DNA of 64,000 nt from Candidatus Omnitrophota bacterium. GTDB taxonomy: Bacteria; Omnitrophota; Gorgyraeia; Gygaellales; Profunditerraquicolaceae. Positions 10,061-19,860 of the stretch are shown here, piece by piece (position 1 is the first letter of the stretch; every line of letters starts with the position of its first letter). The stretch is taken from the NCBI GenBank assembly GCA_049517335.1, contig JBEKSD010000001.1, forward strand, positions 1 through 64,000. Direction: 5' to 3'. The notes below the pieces were generated by a model. It worked only from the letters and a program-made list of their open reading frames with translations, was not told the DNA's origin and did not search any database. Made by a program: the position numbers and the translations under genes.

Positions 10061-12139
10061 ATGAATAGATCACATAAGTCAAAATCCTTGTTCGAGCTGT
10101 CCATCGTTGGACCAGCAATCATTGATTCGTTAAAGAAATTAGACCCTAGGCACCAAATTAAGAATCCTGTAATGTTTGTGGTTTTGGTAGTAAGCGTATT
10201 GACTACAGGTTTGTATCTTCAAGCGATATTTGGGCATGGGGAGGCTCCTGCAAATTTTATTCTGGCCATAACCCTGTGGTTATGGTTTACACTGATATTC
10301 GCGAATTTTTCCGAAGCTATGGCAGAAGGTCGCGGAAAAGCCCAAGCTGCAAGTTTAAGAAAAGCTCGGAAAGACACTCTGGCAAAAAAACTCTCCAAAC
10401 CTAAATACGGTTCTGTTTACGAGACAATATCTGCATCAACGCTTCATAAAGAGGATATTGTTTTAGTTGAAGCAGGAGATTTTATTCCTATGGATGGGGA
10501 AGTCATTGAGGGTGTAGCTTCTGTTGATGAAAGTGCTATCACTGGTGAAAGCGCGCCTGTTATACGTGAAAGCGGTGGAGACCGTAGCGCCGTTACTGGT
10601 GGCACCCGTGTCCTCTCAGATTGGCTTATCGTACGGATTAGTTCAAATCCCGGAGAAACATTCCTGGATCATATGATTGCTATGGTTGAGGGTGCCAAAA
10701 GACAAAAAACACCCAATGAAATCGCTCTTAGTATCCTTTTGGCAGTATTCACCATCATTTTTCTCCTAGCTACAGTAACACTTTTACCATTTTCAATTTA
10801 CAGCGTAGTGTCAGCTGACCATGGTATGCCAATTACAGTAACAGTTTTAGTTGCATTGCTTGTTTGTCTTATTCCAACTACCATAGGAGGATTACTACCT
10901 GCTATTGGTATAGCTGGTATGGACAGAATGATCCAGGCCAATGTAATTGCCACTTCGGGTAGAGCAGTAGAAGCAGCGGGGGACGTGGATTGTTTACTCT
11001 TGGATAAAACAGGAACTATAACGCTTGGCAACAGGCAGGCTGTAGCTTTTATACCAACTAAGGGTGTTAGTATAGAATCATTAGCAGATGCAGTTCAACT
11101 TGCTTCGTTATCTGATGAGACTCCGGAAGGAAGAAGCATAGTGGTATTGGCTAAAGAAAAATACGGTATAAGAGAACGTCATATTCATGAACTGGAAGCA
11201 AGATTCATTCCTTTCACGGCACAGACACGGATGAGTGGGGTAGATCTGGGAGATGGAAGACAGATTAGAAAAGGAGCTGCCGATGCTATTGAGGATTATG
11301 TAAAACAACTTGGTGGTCTTTTCCCCGAAGAACTGAAGTCAAGTATACAATCAATATCTAAGAGTGGCGGTACCCCTTTAGTTGTGGCAGAGCATAAGAG
11401 AGTGTTAGGCGTTATTCAGCTGAAAGATATTGTAAAGGGGGGAATTAAGGAACGTTTTGCCGAACTAAGGCGCATGGGAATTAAAACCGTTATGATTACA
11501 GGAGACAATTCTCTTACTGCAGCTGCGATTGCAGCAGAAGCCGGCATGGATGATTTTTTAGCTCAGGCCACCCCTGAAACCAAGCTTAAGCTTATCCGCG
11601 AAATGCAATCTGGTGGCAGGCTTGTAGCTATGACGGGAGACGGAACTAATGATGCGCCAGCCCTTGCGCAGGCAGATGTTGCTGTTGCCATGAATACAGG
11701 AACGCAGGCTGCTAAAGAAGCAGGAAACCTGATTGACCTTGATTCCAATCCCACAAAGCTTATTGAAATTGTCGAAATAGGAAAACAACTTCTTATGACC
11801 AGGGGTTCGTTAACCACATTTAGCATTGCTAACGATGTATCAAAGTACTTTGCGATTATCCCTGCTGCATTCGTAGGAACTTATCCTGCGCTTGGTGCAC
11901 TCAACATTATGCATCTTGCCACGCCTGCAAGCGCTGTTTTGTCTGCAGTTATTTTTAATGCACTTATTATTATAGCCTTAATTCCACTTGCCTTACGCGG
12001 CATACCTTATAAGCCGATGCCGGCAACTCAACTATTGAGGGATAATCTGTTGATTTATGGAGTAGGCGGCATTATAGCCCCATTTATAGGCATTAAATTG
12101 ATCGATATGATACTAGTAGCTTTGCATTTAGTCAAATAG
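10061..12139 (+). CDS. kdpB: K+-transporting P-type ATPase subunit B
   Basis: [31 protein letters not shown]. Confidence 0.99.
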   Translation: MNRSHKSKSLFELSIVGPAIIDSLKKLDPRHQIKNPVMFVVLVVSVLTTGLYLQAIFGHGEAPANFILAITLWLWFTLIFANFSEAMAEGRGKAQAASLRKARKDTLAKKLSKPKYGSVYETISASTLHKEDIVLVEAGDFIPMDGEVIEGVASVDESAITGESAPVIRESGGDRSAVTGGTRVLSDWLIVRISSNPGETFLDHMIAMVEGAKRQKTPNEIALSILLAVFTIIFLLATVTLLPFSIYSVVSADHGMPITVTVLVALLVCLIPTTIGGLLPAIGIAGMDRMIQANVIATSGRAVEAAGDVDCLLLDKTGTITLGNRQAVAFIPTKGVSIESLADAVQLASLSDETPEGRSIVVLAKEKYGIRERHIHELEARFIPFTAQTRMSGVDLGDGRQIRKGAADAIEDYVKQLGGLFPEELKSSIQSISKSGGTPLVVAEHKRVLGVIQLKDIVKGGIKERFAELRRMGIKTVMITGDNSLTAAAIAAEAGMDDFLAQATPETKLKLIREMQSGGRLVAMTGDGTNDAPALAQADVAVAMNTGTQAAKEAGNLIDLDSNPTKLIEIVEIGKQLLMTRGSLTTFSIANDVSKYFAIIPAAFVGTYPALGALNIMHLATPASAVLSAVIFNALIIIALIPLALRGIPYKPMPATQLLRDNLLIYGVGGIIAPFIGIKLIDMILVALHLVK

Positions 12140-12149
12140 GAGAAGGAAA

Positions 12150-12725
12150 ATGTTTAAAGAATATATTAAACCGGCGCTTCTTTCTTTTTTAATTCTGACG
12201 ATTATTACGGGAGTTATCTATCCGCTCTTTATTACGGGGATTGCGCAACTGCTATTCCCCAATCAGGCCAATGGCAGCCTGATATATAGAAACGGAAAAG
12301 TGGTTGGCTCGTTTCTCATTGGCCAGACATTTGACGATCCCAGATATTTATGGGGGCGTATCTCAGCGACTTCACCCCAATATAACGCGTCAAATTCTAC
12401 AGGTTCTAATATAGGTCCTTCTAATCCAGCATTGCTTGATGAAATAAAAGGGCGTATTAAAGCGTTAAAAGCAGCCGACCCTGACAATACAAATTCTATT
12501 CCAGTTGACCTGGTTACTTCTTCTGCTAGCGGCTTAGATCCCCATATAAGCTTAGCAGCCGCGTATTATCAGATTGCTCGCATTGCGCGCTTACGAGGCT
12601 TATCCCAAGACACAGTTAGGGCTATTGTTAAACAACATACGTATGGTCGCTTATTGGGACTTATAGGGGAGCCGGTTGTAAATGTGCTGGAAACAAATTT
12701 GGCGTTAGATGCGTATAAAAAATGA
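12150..12725 (+). CDS. kdpC: K+-transporting ATPase subunit C
   Basis: FPNQANGSL, DLVTSSASGLDPHIS, VNVLETNLALD. Confidence 0.97.
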   Translation: MFKEYIKPALLSFLILTIITGVIYPLFITGIAQLLFPNQANGSLIYRNGKVVGSFLIGQTFDDPRYLWGRISATSPQYNASNSTGSNIGPSNPALLDEIKGRIKALKAADPDNTNSIPVDLVTSSASGLDPHISLAAAYYQIARIARLRGLSQDTVRAIVKQHTYGRLLGLIGEPVVNVLETNLALDAYKK

Positions 12726-12761
12726 ATAACAAAGACATATTTTTAATGTATAATTAAACTT

Positions 12762-14939
12762 ATGGAAAGACCAGACCCGGATGCAATTTTAGCGAAAGTT
12801 AAAGCCGAAGAGAGCCACCGCGGTAAACTTAAAATTTTCTTTGGAGCAGTCGCGGGTGTCGGCAAAACTTATTCGATGCTTGAAGCAGCTCGCCTACGAA
12901 AAAAAGAAGGCGTTGATGTTGTGGTCGGATACATAGAAACTCATAAACGCGTTGAGACTGAAGCACTTTTGGAAGGCCTCGAAATACTCCCGCCTAAAAT
13001 CATCTCTTATAAAAATGTTCAGTTGCGTGAATTTGATATTGACGCGAGCCTAAAGAGAAAACCCAAGATTATCTTAGTTGACGAACTGGCACATAGTAAT
13101 GCTCCCGGCTCTCGGCACCCAAAGCGCTGGCAAGACGTACAAGAGCTTATCGACCAAGGCATTGATGTGTATACTACTTTAAATGTCCAGCATTGCGAAA
13201 GCGCAAATGATATCGTCGCTCAGGTAACCGGAGTTATAGTCCGCGAGACCGTGTCTGATACATTTATTGAGCAGGCAGATGAAATAGAGTTAGTTGATCT
13301 TCCTACTGAAGAAATTCTCAAACGATTAAAAGAAGGGAAGGTATATCTTGGTGAGCAAGCTCAAGCGGCGACAGAGCATTTCTTCCAGCCGGGGAATTTA
13401 ATTGCCTTGCGCCAGTTGGCCCTGCGTTATACGGAACGCAACGTAGATACTAAGTTGATGTCGTATAAAAAGGAGCACGCTGTTTCAAAAGTTTGGAATG
13501 TGAGGGATAGATTTTTGGTATCTATAAGTCCTAGTCCTTCTGCGATGGGATTAATCAGAGCCGGTAAGCGTATCGCTTTAGATTTGGGAGTAGAGTGGAT
13601 CGTGGCATATGTTGAACCTCTGGTCGAGTTACGTCCGGAAGATAAAGGCAGGGTATCTGAGATGCTTAATTTTGCGGAAAAATTGGGCGCTCAAGTAGTG
13701 ACGCTTGGCGGTCAGGATATCGCAGAGACATTAATTTCATACGCCCGATCAAAAAATGTAACAAAGATAATCATTGGAAAGCCCAGAAAACCAAAGCTGC
13801 GGGAATTGATTTTCGGCTCAATATTTGATAAGTTAGCCCGTAAATGCCAAGATATAGATTTGTATTTGTTGAGTGGGGATACCCAAGAACAGCAGCTTAA
13901 ATTTAAATCGCCTGCTTTGAGTCCTTTTTCTTGGAAAAATCTTGGATTTACAATAGGTATCGTTATTCTTTGTACGTTATTTAATTGGATTCTATCTTCC
14001 CGCCTCTCTTTGGTAAATTTAATAATGATTTATCTTGTCGGTGTTACTTGGATTGCCTTTCGTTATGGTCGCCGATTATCTTTGATAGCTTCATTCTTAA
14101 GCGTTTTATTTTTTGACTTTTTCTTTGTGCCTCCTTATTTTAGTTTTGTAGTGAAAAATGTTGAGTATATTTTTACATTTATAGTAATGCTGGGCGTCGG
14201 TCTCACGATAGCGCATTTAACTGGTCGACTCAGGCGACAAACCATCTCTATGGGGATGCGCGAAGACAAGACTGAAACGCTTTATGCTTTAAGCCGCGAA
14301 CTTTCGAAAAGTTCTTATCCCGATGAATTGTTTAAGATTGCCCTTTCGCATATCGAAGATTTCTTTAAATGCAGGGTAGTTATTTTTGTGCTAGATAAAA
14401 ACAAGAGGCTGGTAGCTAAGTTTGGCGAAGCTGTGCAATTGGCACTAGATTCAAATGAGGTTGCCGTTGCCCAGTGGGTATTTGAGCATAAGAAATCCGC
14501 AGGTAAAGGTACGGATACTCTACCTGGATCAAGTGGTAGGTACTTACCTTTTACAGGTGCAGAAAAAACAGTAGGAGTCTTGGGAGTTTTTCCAACTCAG
14601 GAGAAACAATTTGTTGATCCGGAGCAGTTACATATATTGGAGATGTTCGTTAATCAAACTGCTTTGGCGGTTGAAGGAGCACAGCTTGCCGCAGCAGCTC
14701 TTGATGCGGAATCTAGGATTGAGAATGAACGGCTGAGGAATTTAATTCTAACTACTTTTTCTTCGGGACTTACTGATCCTCTTACGTCTATTTCTCAAAC
14801 TGCCTCAGAATTGCTGAATCTGGAAAACATTAAAGACGGTTCAAGGCGCACTGCGTTGATAGAAAAAATGCGGCAGGAGGTAAAGCGTTTAAACACCCTC
14901 ATAGCTGAATTACCTCAAATACTTGAGTCAGAAAAGTAA
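12762..14939 (+). CDS. kdpD: KdpD-family sensor, C-terminally truncated and kinase-dead
   Basis: KdpD domain GAVAGVGKTY, Usp, 4-TM, GAF; degenerate DHp FSSGLTDPL without His; no HATPase domain. Confidence 0.9.
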   Translation: MERPDPDAILAKVKAEESHRGKLKIFFGAVAGVGKTYSMLEAARLRKKEGVDVVVGYIETHKRVETEALLEGLEILPPKIISYKNVQLREFDIDASLKRKPKIILVDELAHSNAPGSRHPKRWQDVQELIDQGIDVYTTLNVQHCESANDIVAQVTGVIVRETVSDTFIEQADEIELVDLPTEEILKRLKEGKVYLGEQAQAATEHFFQPGNLIALRQLALRYTERNVDTKLMSYKKEHAVSKVWNVRDRFLVSISPSPSAMGLIRAGKRIALDLGVEWIVAYVEPLVELRPEDKGRVSEMLNFAEKLGAQVVTLGGQDIAETLISYARSKNVTKIIIGKPRKPKLRELIFGSIFDKLARKCQDIDLYLLSGDTQEQQLKFKSPALSPFSWKNLGFTIGIVILCTLFNWILSSRLSLVNLIMIYLVGVTWIAFRYGRRLSLIASFLSVLFFDFFFVPPYFSFVVKNVEYIFTFIVMLGVGLTIAHLTGRLRRQTISMGMREDKTETLYALSRELSKSSYPDELFKIALSHIEDFFKCRVVIFVLDKNKRLVAKFGEAVQLALDSNEVAVAQWVFEHKKSAGKGTDTLPGSSGRYLPFTGAEKTVGVLGVFPTQEKQFVDPEQLHILEMFVNQTALAVEGAQLAAAALDAESRIENERLRNLILTTFSSGLTDPLTSISQTASELLNLENIKDGSRRTALIEKMRQEVKRLNTLIAELPQILESEK

Positions 14940-14973
14940 TATCAGGTTAGAAGGATTAAGCTAGGTTAAGAAT

Positions 14974-15666
14974 ATGAAAGAGGCCATACTAATTGTAGAA
15001 GACGAAAAAGATATAGTCAAGATGTTGGACTATAATCTAAAAAAGGAAGGGTATAAAACTTTAGTCGCCCATGATGGAGAAGATGCCATTGATATGGCGA
15101 ATACAAAACTTCCTGATCTTATCCTCTTGGATTTAATGCTTCCCGGATTAGATGGTCTTGAGGTCTGCAAGCAGCTTAAGCTCGAAAGAAAAACAGCTTC
15201 TATCCCCGTAATTATGCTTACCGCTAAAGCCCAGGAATCAGATAAGGTCGTAGGACTTGAGTTGGGAGCTGATGATTATGTGACCAAGCCTTTTAGCCCC
15301 AGAGAGCTTATTGCTAGGATAAAGGCAGTGCTGCGCCGCGGGAAGGAAAAAGATAAGCTTCCCGAGATCTTAAAGATAGGCGATTTAACTATAGATTTTT
15401 CTAAGATTGCGGTTACTGTCAAAGATAAGCCGATTGAGCTTACGGCAAAGGAATTCGAGCTTTTGAAGACTCTAGTGCAAGCAAAAGGTAGAGTTCTTTC
15501 TCGAGATTATCTCTTGGATAATATCTGGGGTTTTGACCACGCTATAGAAATCCAGACCCGCACTGTAGATGTGCATATTAGGACTTTGCGTAAGAAATTA
15601 AAGACTGCAGCAAAATATATTATCACTGTTAAGAATTACGGATATAGGTTTGAATATGAAGATTAG
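14974..15666 (+). CDS. phoB: OmpR-family response regulator, PhoB/PhoP-like
   Basis: LDLMLP, GLELGADDYVTKPFSPREL, TRTVDVHIRTLR; upstream of phoR and pst. Confidence 0.85.
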   Translation: MKEAILIVEDEKDIVKMLDYNLKKEGYKTLVAHDGEDAIDMANTKLPDLILLDLMLPGLDGLEVCKQLKLERKTASIPVIMLTAKAQESDKVVGLELGADDYVTKPFSPRELIARIKAVLRRGKEKDKLPEILKIGDLTIDFSKIAVTVKDKPIELTAKEFELLKTLVQAKGRVLSRDYLLDNIWGFDHAIEIQTRTVDVHIRTLRKKLKTAAKYIITVKNYGYRFEYED

Positions 15667-17431
15667 AAGTTTAAAATTAAAGTTAATATTTTCTTATATA
15701 TTTGTAATCATATTCACATTTGGGCTATTCGCCTTCCTTTTGGATAAGAATTTAGAAGAGAATTCTCTGCGTGATCTTAAATCTTCTCTAGTTAATCAGG
15801 CGCAGTTGATTGAAAGCCAGCTTTCCTCTAAGCCAATTATCCAGGCTGAAACACCTACACTGGAAAACTTAGTTAAAGATTTGAGTTCAAAAATAAGATC
15901 TCGCATTACTATTGTTGATACTAAAGGAAAAGTTTTAGCTGATTCCGAGAAGTCGCTAAACGAAATTCCTACTATGGAGAATCACGCTACCCGACCGGAG
16001 ATAAAATTAGCTTTGTCAGGTCTCACAGGGGAAGAGTTACGTTATTCAGCAACACTCAAGATGAATATGTTATACGTTGCAGTTCCAATTAAGTCCGGTA
16101 AAGGTATAATCGGAGTTATGAGACTAGCCTTGCCACTTGCTAATGTAGAAAAGATGCTGAATGGTATCAGAAACGCAATTATATTTAGCATTCTCTTTGC
16201 GTCAGGTCTCGCAGTTATTTTAGGCACATTGATAACTTCGGGTATTATTAAACCAATTAATAAGATTATAAATGTTTCACGAAAGTTTTCTGCTGGAGAT
16301 TTTTCTCATAAGATATACCATGACTCTAAAGATGAAATCGGCGAGCTTGCCGATACTTTAAATAAGATGGCTAAGGATATAGAAGATAAAGTTAAGGATG
16401 TTAGTATCCAAAGTCAGCAATTAAATGCTATCTTTAACAGTATGATTGAAGGGGTAATTGTTACGAATGGACAAGACCGCATAATATCCATTAACCAGGC
16501 TATTGAAAGGATATTCGGGATTACGAAGCAAGATGTAGTGGGTAAGGTTTTTCTTGAGGTAATCCATAATAATGATATTGCTGAAGTAATTAGCGTAATT
16601 ATTAAAGCAGGGAAGCCGGTTTCTAAAGAAATAACCCTTGTTTATCCAGTGCAGAGTATTTTTGAAGTAAACGCTACTCCAATTTTTGAGAATGGTTCTG
16701 TAGGTGGGTGTCTTGTGGTTATACATGATATAACCGGAATAAGACGCTTAGAGACAATGCGCCGTGATTTTGTGGCAAATGTTTCGCATGAATTAAAAAC
16801 TCCGCTTACATCTATTAAGGGCTTTGTGGAGACGCTTCTTGAAGGTGCTTTAGAAGATAAAGAAAATAACCGTAATTTTTTAAAGATAATTCAGGAGCAT
16901 GCAAACCGGCTGGATAACCTTGTAAATGATCTTTTGTCATTATCGCATCTTGAGTCAAAGGGGATAGCAATTGTTAAGAATGAATTTAACTTAAGTAATC
17001 AGGTTAAAGAGGTAGTTGCGGGATTTAAGTCTCAGCTTAAAAGTAAAGGTATTGAAATTATAAATCATTTGCCGAAAGAACTCATAATTAATGGCGACAA
17101 AGATAGAGTGGAACAGGTATTAGTTAATCTCATTGATAATGCTATAAAGTTTAATAAAGATAAAGGATCAATTAAAATATATAATCAGGACTGTAGTGGA
17201 AATATAAAAGTTATAATAGAAGATTGTGGCCTGGGCATCCCGCAAAAGGATATCCCGCGTATCTTTGAGCGATTCTACCGCGTTGACAAAGCGCGCTCGC
17301 GCGAACTCGGAGGAACTGGCCTGGGGCTTTCTATTGTAAAGCATATTGTAGAGTTACACGGCGGTACAGTCGGGGTAGAAAGTACTGAAGGCCTCGGTTC
17401 AAAATTCTGGTTCATTCTTCCTATTAGGTAA
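15656..17431 (+). CDS. phoR: Phosphate regulon sensor kinase (Cache-like, HAMP, PAS, HisKA, HATPase)
   Basis: ENHATRPEI, RRDFVANVSHELKTPLT, NLIDNAIK, IFERFYRVDKARSRELGGTGLGL. Confidence 0.92.
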   Translation: MKIRSLKLKLIFSYIFVIIFTFGLFAFLLDKNLEENSLRDLKSSLVNQAQLIESQLSSKPIIQAETPTLENLVKDLSSKIRSRITIVDTKGKVLADSEKSLNEIPTMENHATRPEIKLALSGLTGEELRYSATLKMNMLYVAVPIKSGKGIIGVMRLALPLANVEKMLNGIRNAIIFSILFASGLAVILGTLITSGIIKPINKIINVSRKFSAGDFSHKIYHDSKDEIGELADTLNKMAKDIEDKVKDVSIQSQQLNAIFNSMIEGVIVTNGQDRIISINQAIERIFGITKQDVVGKVFLEVIHNNDIAEVISVIIKAGKPVSKEITLVYPVQSIFEVNATPIFENGSVGGCLVVIHDITGIRRLETMRRDFVANVSHELKTPLTSIKGFVETLLEGALEDKENNRNFLKIIQEHANRLDNLVNDLLSLSHLESKGIAIVKNEFNLSNQVKEVVAGFKSQLKSKGIEIINHLPKELIINGDKDRVEQVLVNLIDNAIKFNKDKGSIKIYNQDCSGNIKVIIEDCGLGIPQKDIPRIFERFYRVDKARSRELGGTGLGLSIVKHIVELHGGTVGVESTEGLGSKFWFILPIR

Positions 17432-17456
17432 AGTAAAACTGTTAATTTAACCTTAT

Positions 17457-17496
17457 AAACGCTCCTTAAGTATCAAAAAAGGAGCGTTTTTATTTT
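17457..17496 (+). terminator. Intrinsic terminator after phoR
   Basis: AAACGCTCCTT/AAGGAGCGTTT stem plus T tract. Confidence 0.8.
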
Positions 17497-17547
17497 ACCC
17501 ACATTTTACTTATCCTTGAAGCGGATTTAACCACCCTATTTTATACT
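17493..17547 (+). promoter_or_regulatory. Pho-box-like promoter 1
   Basis: TTTTAC at 17493 and 17504, TTTAAC at 17526 (11-bp phase), TATACT at 17542. Confidence 0.65.
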
Positions 17548-17553
17548 TAAGCC

Positions 17554-17700
17554 ATGAAGAATAAAATATACAGTTTGTTTATTAATCTACGTAAATACTT
17601 GAGACAAATAATCTCCGAAGAGTTCGAAATTATGGATAGCTTTTATTATGAATACACGCAAAAGAATAATCCTATAGAGGAAGGAGAGGTCTATGGTTAA
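17554..17700 (+). CDS. 48-aa small ORF MKNKIYSLFINLRKYLRQIISEEFEIMDSFYYEYTQKNNPIEEGEVYG
   Basis: Manual translation; ATG 6 nt after the -10; overlaps the next start; local similarity to the N-terminus of the 18185 ORF. Confidence 0.45.
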   Translation: MKNKIYSLFINLRKYLRQIISEEFEIMDSFYYEYTQKNNPIEEGEVYG

Positions 17701-18100
17701 TAAGAATAAAGTTATAGTTATAGAAGATGACCCCGGTATTAATAAACTTATAACTTATAACTTAAGGAAAGAGGGTTTTATTGTAGAACAGGCTTTTGAT
17801 GGCGATGAGGCCAGTGAAAGATTAAAGAGCGAGTATTTTAGCATAGTGATACTTGACATAATGTTACCTGGAATAAACGGTTTTGATATCTGCAAAGAAA
17901 TAAAGGAAAGTGATAATTCGTACAAGTCATTTATTATCGTTATCAGCGCAAGAACCAGCAATCAAGACAAGCTGTATGCGCATATCCTAGGTGCAGATTG
18001 TTATTTAAGTAAGCCTTTCAGGGTAGGGACATTGATAGAGGTAGTCAAGGAAGTTCAAACCATGCAGAATAAGGATTTCACAGTAAAGCTGAGTAAATAG
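17693..18100 (+). CDS. Stand-alone PhoB-like receiver domain protein
   Basis: VIEDD, ILDIMLP, LGADCYLSKPF; no DNA-binding domain. Confidence 0.85.
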   Translation: MVNKNKVIVIEDDPGINKLITYNLRKEGFIVEQAFDGDEASERLKSEYFSIVILDIMLPGINGFDICKEIKESDNSYKSFIIVISARTSNQDKLYAHILGADCYLSKPFRVGTLIEVVKEVQTMQNKDFTVKLSK

Positions 18101-18101
18101 A

Positions 18102-18156
18102 TTTTACCTACTTTTTACTTCTCCTAAAAGCGCATTTAACACGCGTATTTTATACT
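18102..18156 (+). promoter_or_regulatory. Pho-box-like promoter 2 (porin-pst operon)
   Basis: TTTTAC at 18102 and 18113, TTTAAC at 18135, TATACT at 18151; same geometry as promoter 1. Confidence 0.65.
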
Positions 18157-18184
18157 AGGGATGGAATATGAAAGGTAGGAAATT

Positions 18185-18502
18185 ATGAGAAAACTATTAA
18201 GACAGACAATCAAACCAATAACTAACTTCTTTAGACAAATTATAGATAAAGAGGCAAAAAGGGTAAATGAATTTAATAATCTGAATTTAGGCGGCACTTT
18301 AGAAAAGGAGGTGAAAGTTGATATGGATGGTATGTCTACAATTCGCAAGGATTTTGTAGCAAGCAATCTGCGTTCTCAGCTTAACAGGCTGCAGAATATC
18401 CTCAATAATATAGAAGTAAGCGATAGGGTTGATTGTCAGTATACCGATATATCATTGAAAGAAATCGAGGTAGTCTTACGTCAAATCAGGAAAGTTTGTT
18501 AA
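18185..18502 (+). CDS. Hypothetical helical protein
   Basis: 105-aa ORF with SD between the Pho-box promoter and the porin. Confidence 0.6.
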   Translation: MRKLLRQTIKPITNFFRQIIDKEAKRVNEFNNLNLGGTLEKEVKVDMDGMSTIRKDFVASNLRSQLNRLQNILNNIEVSDRVDCQYTDISLKEIEVVLRQIRKVC

Positions 18503-18531
18503 AATAGCAATTAGTAAAGGAGGAAAGGAAA

Positions 18532-19830
18532 ATGAGGAAGATTTTAACAGCAATTGTATTAAGCGGGATTATTGCGCTTAGCCCGGGAATACACTCTTCT
18601 TATGCCAGCGAAGTAGACGCCCTGCTTCAGAAACTGATTGATAAAGGAATTTTGACTGCTCCCGAGGCACAGCAAATAAGAACTGAAACCAATGAAGAAA
18701 TAGCAAAGACAGAAAAACAAAAATTGGAAGATTATAAACAGACGACAAAGGATAACTTGCCTGACTGGGTAAAAAATACAAAGCTAACAGGTGATTTTAG
18801 ATTACGCTATCAATATGACAAGGATAAAGGGCAGGTTGATCAAAGCAGGGCTCGTATTCGCGCCCGGTTAGGAGTCATATCGCAAATTAATGATAAACTG
18901 GAAATGGGCGTTGGGATAGCTACTGGTAAGTCTTCGGATCCCCGCACCAGAAACGTTACTTTAGGCACTGATGCCGCTGTTACAAATACCCCGGGTTCGG
19001 CAAAAACAATTCTGCTAGATTACGCCTACGCTAAATATACGCCTGTTAACGGAGTTTCTATCATTGGAGGTAAATACATTAATCCTCTTTGGCAGCCGCA
19101 TGATATGTTCTGGGATCCCAATATCACTCCGGAAGGGGCAGCCTTAACGCTAAAGCACGACCTGAATTCCAGATTGCAATTATTCATGAACAATATGTTT
19201 TATTGGCTGACAAATGATGCAAGGACAGATACTAAGTGGCCGGTAATGTTTGTTTTCCAGCCAGGAGCAACCTTTAAAATCAACAATACCACAAATCTTA
19301 AGGGAGCGCTGGCCTACTATAAATTTGACGCTCTAAAGAATAGGCCAAAATTTGCGAATAGCGCAGGAACCAATACATTTATTAACGGGAATTACGCATA
19401 TAATTATGATTCCGTTCAACCCAGCGTAGAGCTATCTTTTAAGGAACCTTTTCACGGACTCCTGCCGTTTGCCTCCATATTCGGTGATTATATGTATAAT
19501 ACCAGTCTGCCAAGCAATGCTACAGGTGCAGGAGCCTTTGATGTAGGTATAAAATTCGGTAACGAAAGCGTAAGTGATGCAAGACAATGGCAGGCAAGGC
19601 TGGTCTATTCTAAGTTAGGACGCGATGCCTGGCTGGATAATATCACTAACGTTGACAGGTATTATCCTGGGAGAACAAACTCCAAGGATTACGAGGCTAT
19701 CTTAGATTACGGTCTAGGTAAAAATACATGGCTGAGGCTACGTTATTACTATGCGGAAAGCCTAAGCAAAGTTAATGACACCTATACACCAGAGAATACC
19801 TTGCAGCTTGACTGGAATATGAAATTCTAA
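18532..19830 (+). CDS. Putative outer-membrane porin (likely phosphate-related)
   Basis: Signal peptide, LLQKLIDKGILT, GDFRLRYQ, beta-strand pattern, C-terminal Phe; precedes pstS. Confidence 0.8.
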   Translation: MRKILTAIVLSGIIALSPGIHSSYASEVDALLQKLIDKGILTAPEAQQIRTETNEEIAKTEKQKLEDYKQTTKDNLPDWVKNTKLTGDFRLRYQYDKDKGQVDQSRARIRARLGVISQINDKLEMGVGIATGKSSDPRTRNVTLGTDAAVTNTPGSAKTILLDYAYAKYTPVNGVSIIGGKYINPLWQPHDMFWDPNITPEGAALTLKHDLNSRLQLFMNNMFYWLTNDARTDTKWPVMFVFQPGATFKINNTTNLKGALAYYKFDALKNRPKFANSAGTNTFINGNYAYNYDSVQPSVELSFKEPFHGLLPFASIFGDYMYNTSLPSNATGAGAFDVGIKFGNESVSDARQWQARLVYSKLGRDAWLDNITNVDRYYPGRTNSKDYEAILDYGLGKNTWLRLRYYYAESLSKVNDTYTPENTLQLDWNMKF

Positions 19831-19860
19831 TTGCAAACTGAAGGAAGGAGAGTCTTTAAA

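Noticed and set aside
14974-15666. Calling the regulator after kdpD KdpE
   Set aside because: Motifs (GLELGADDYVTKPFSPREL, RTVDVHI) and coupling to phoR are PhoB/PhoP-like; the KdpE-type LRVYM recognition helix is absent.
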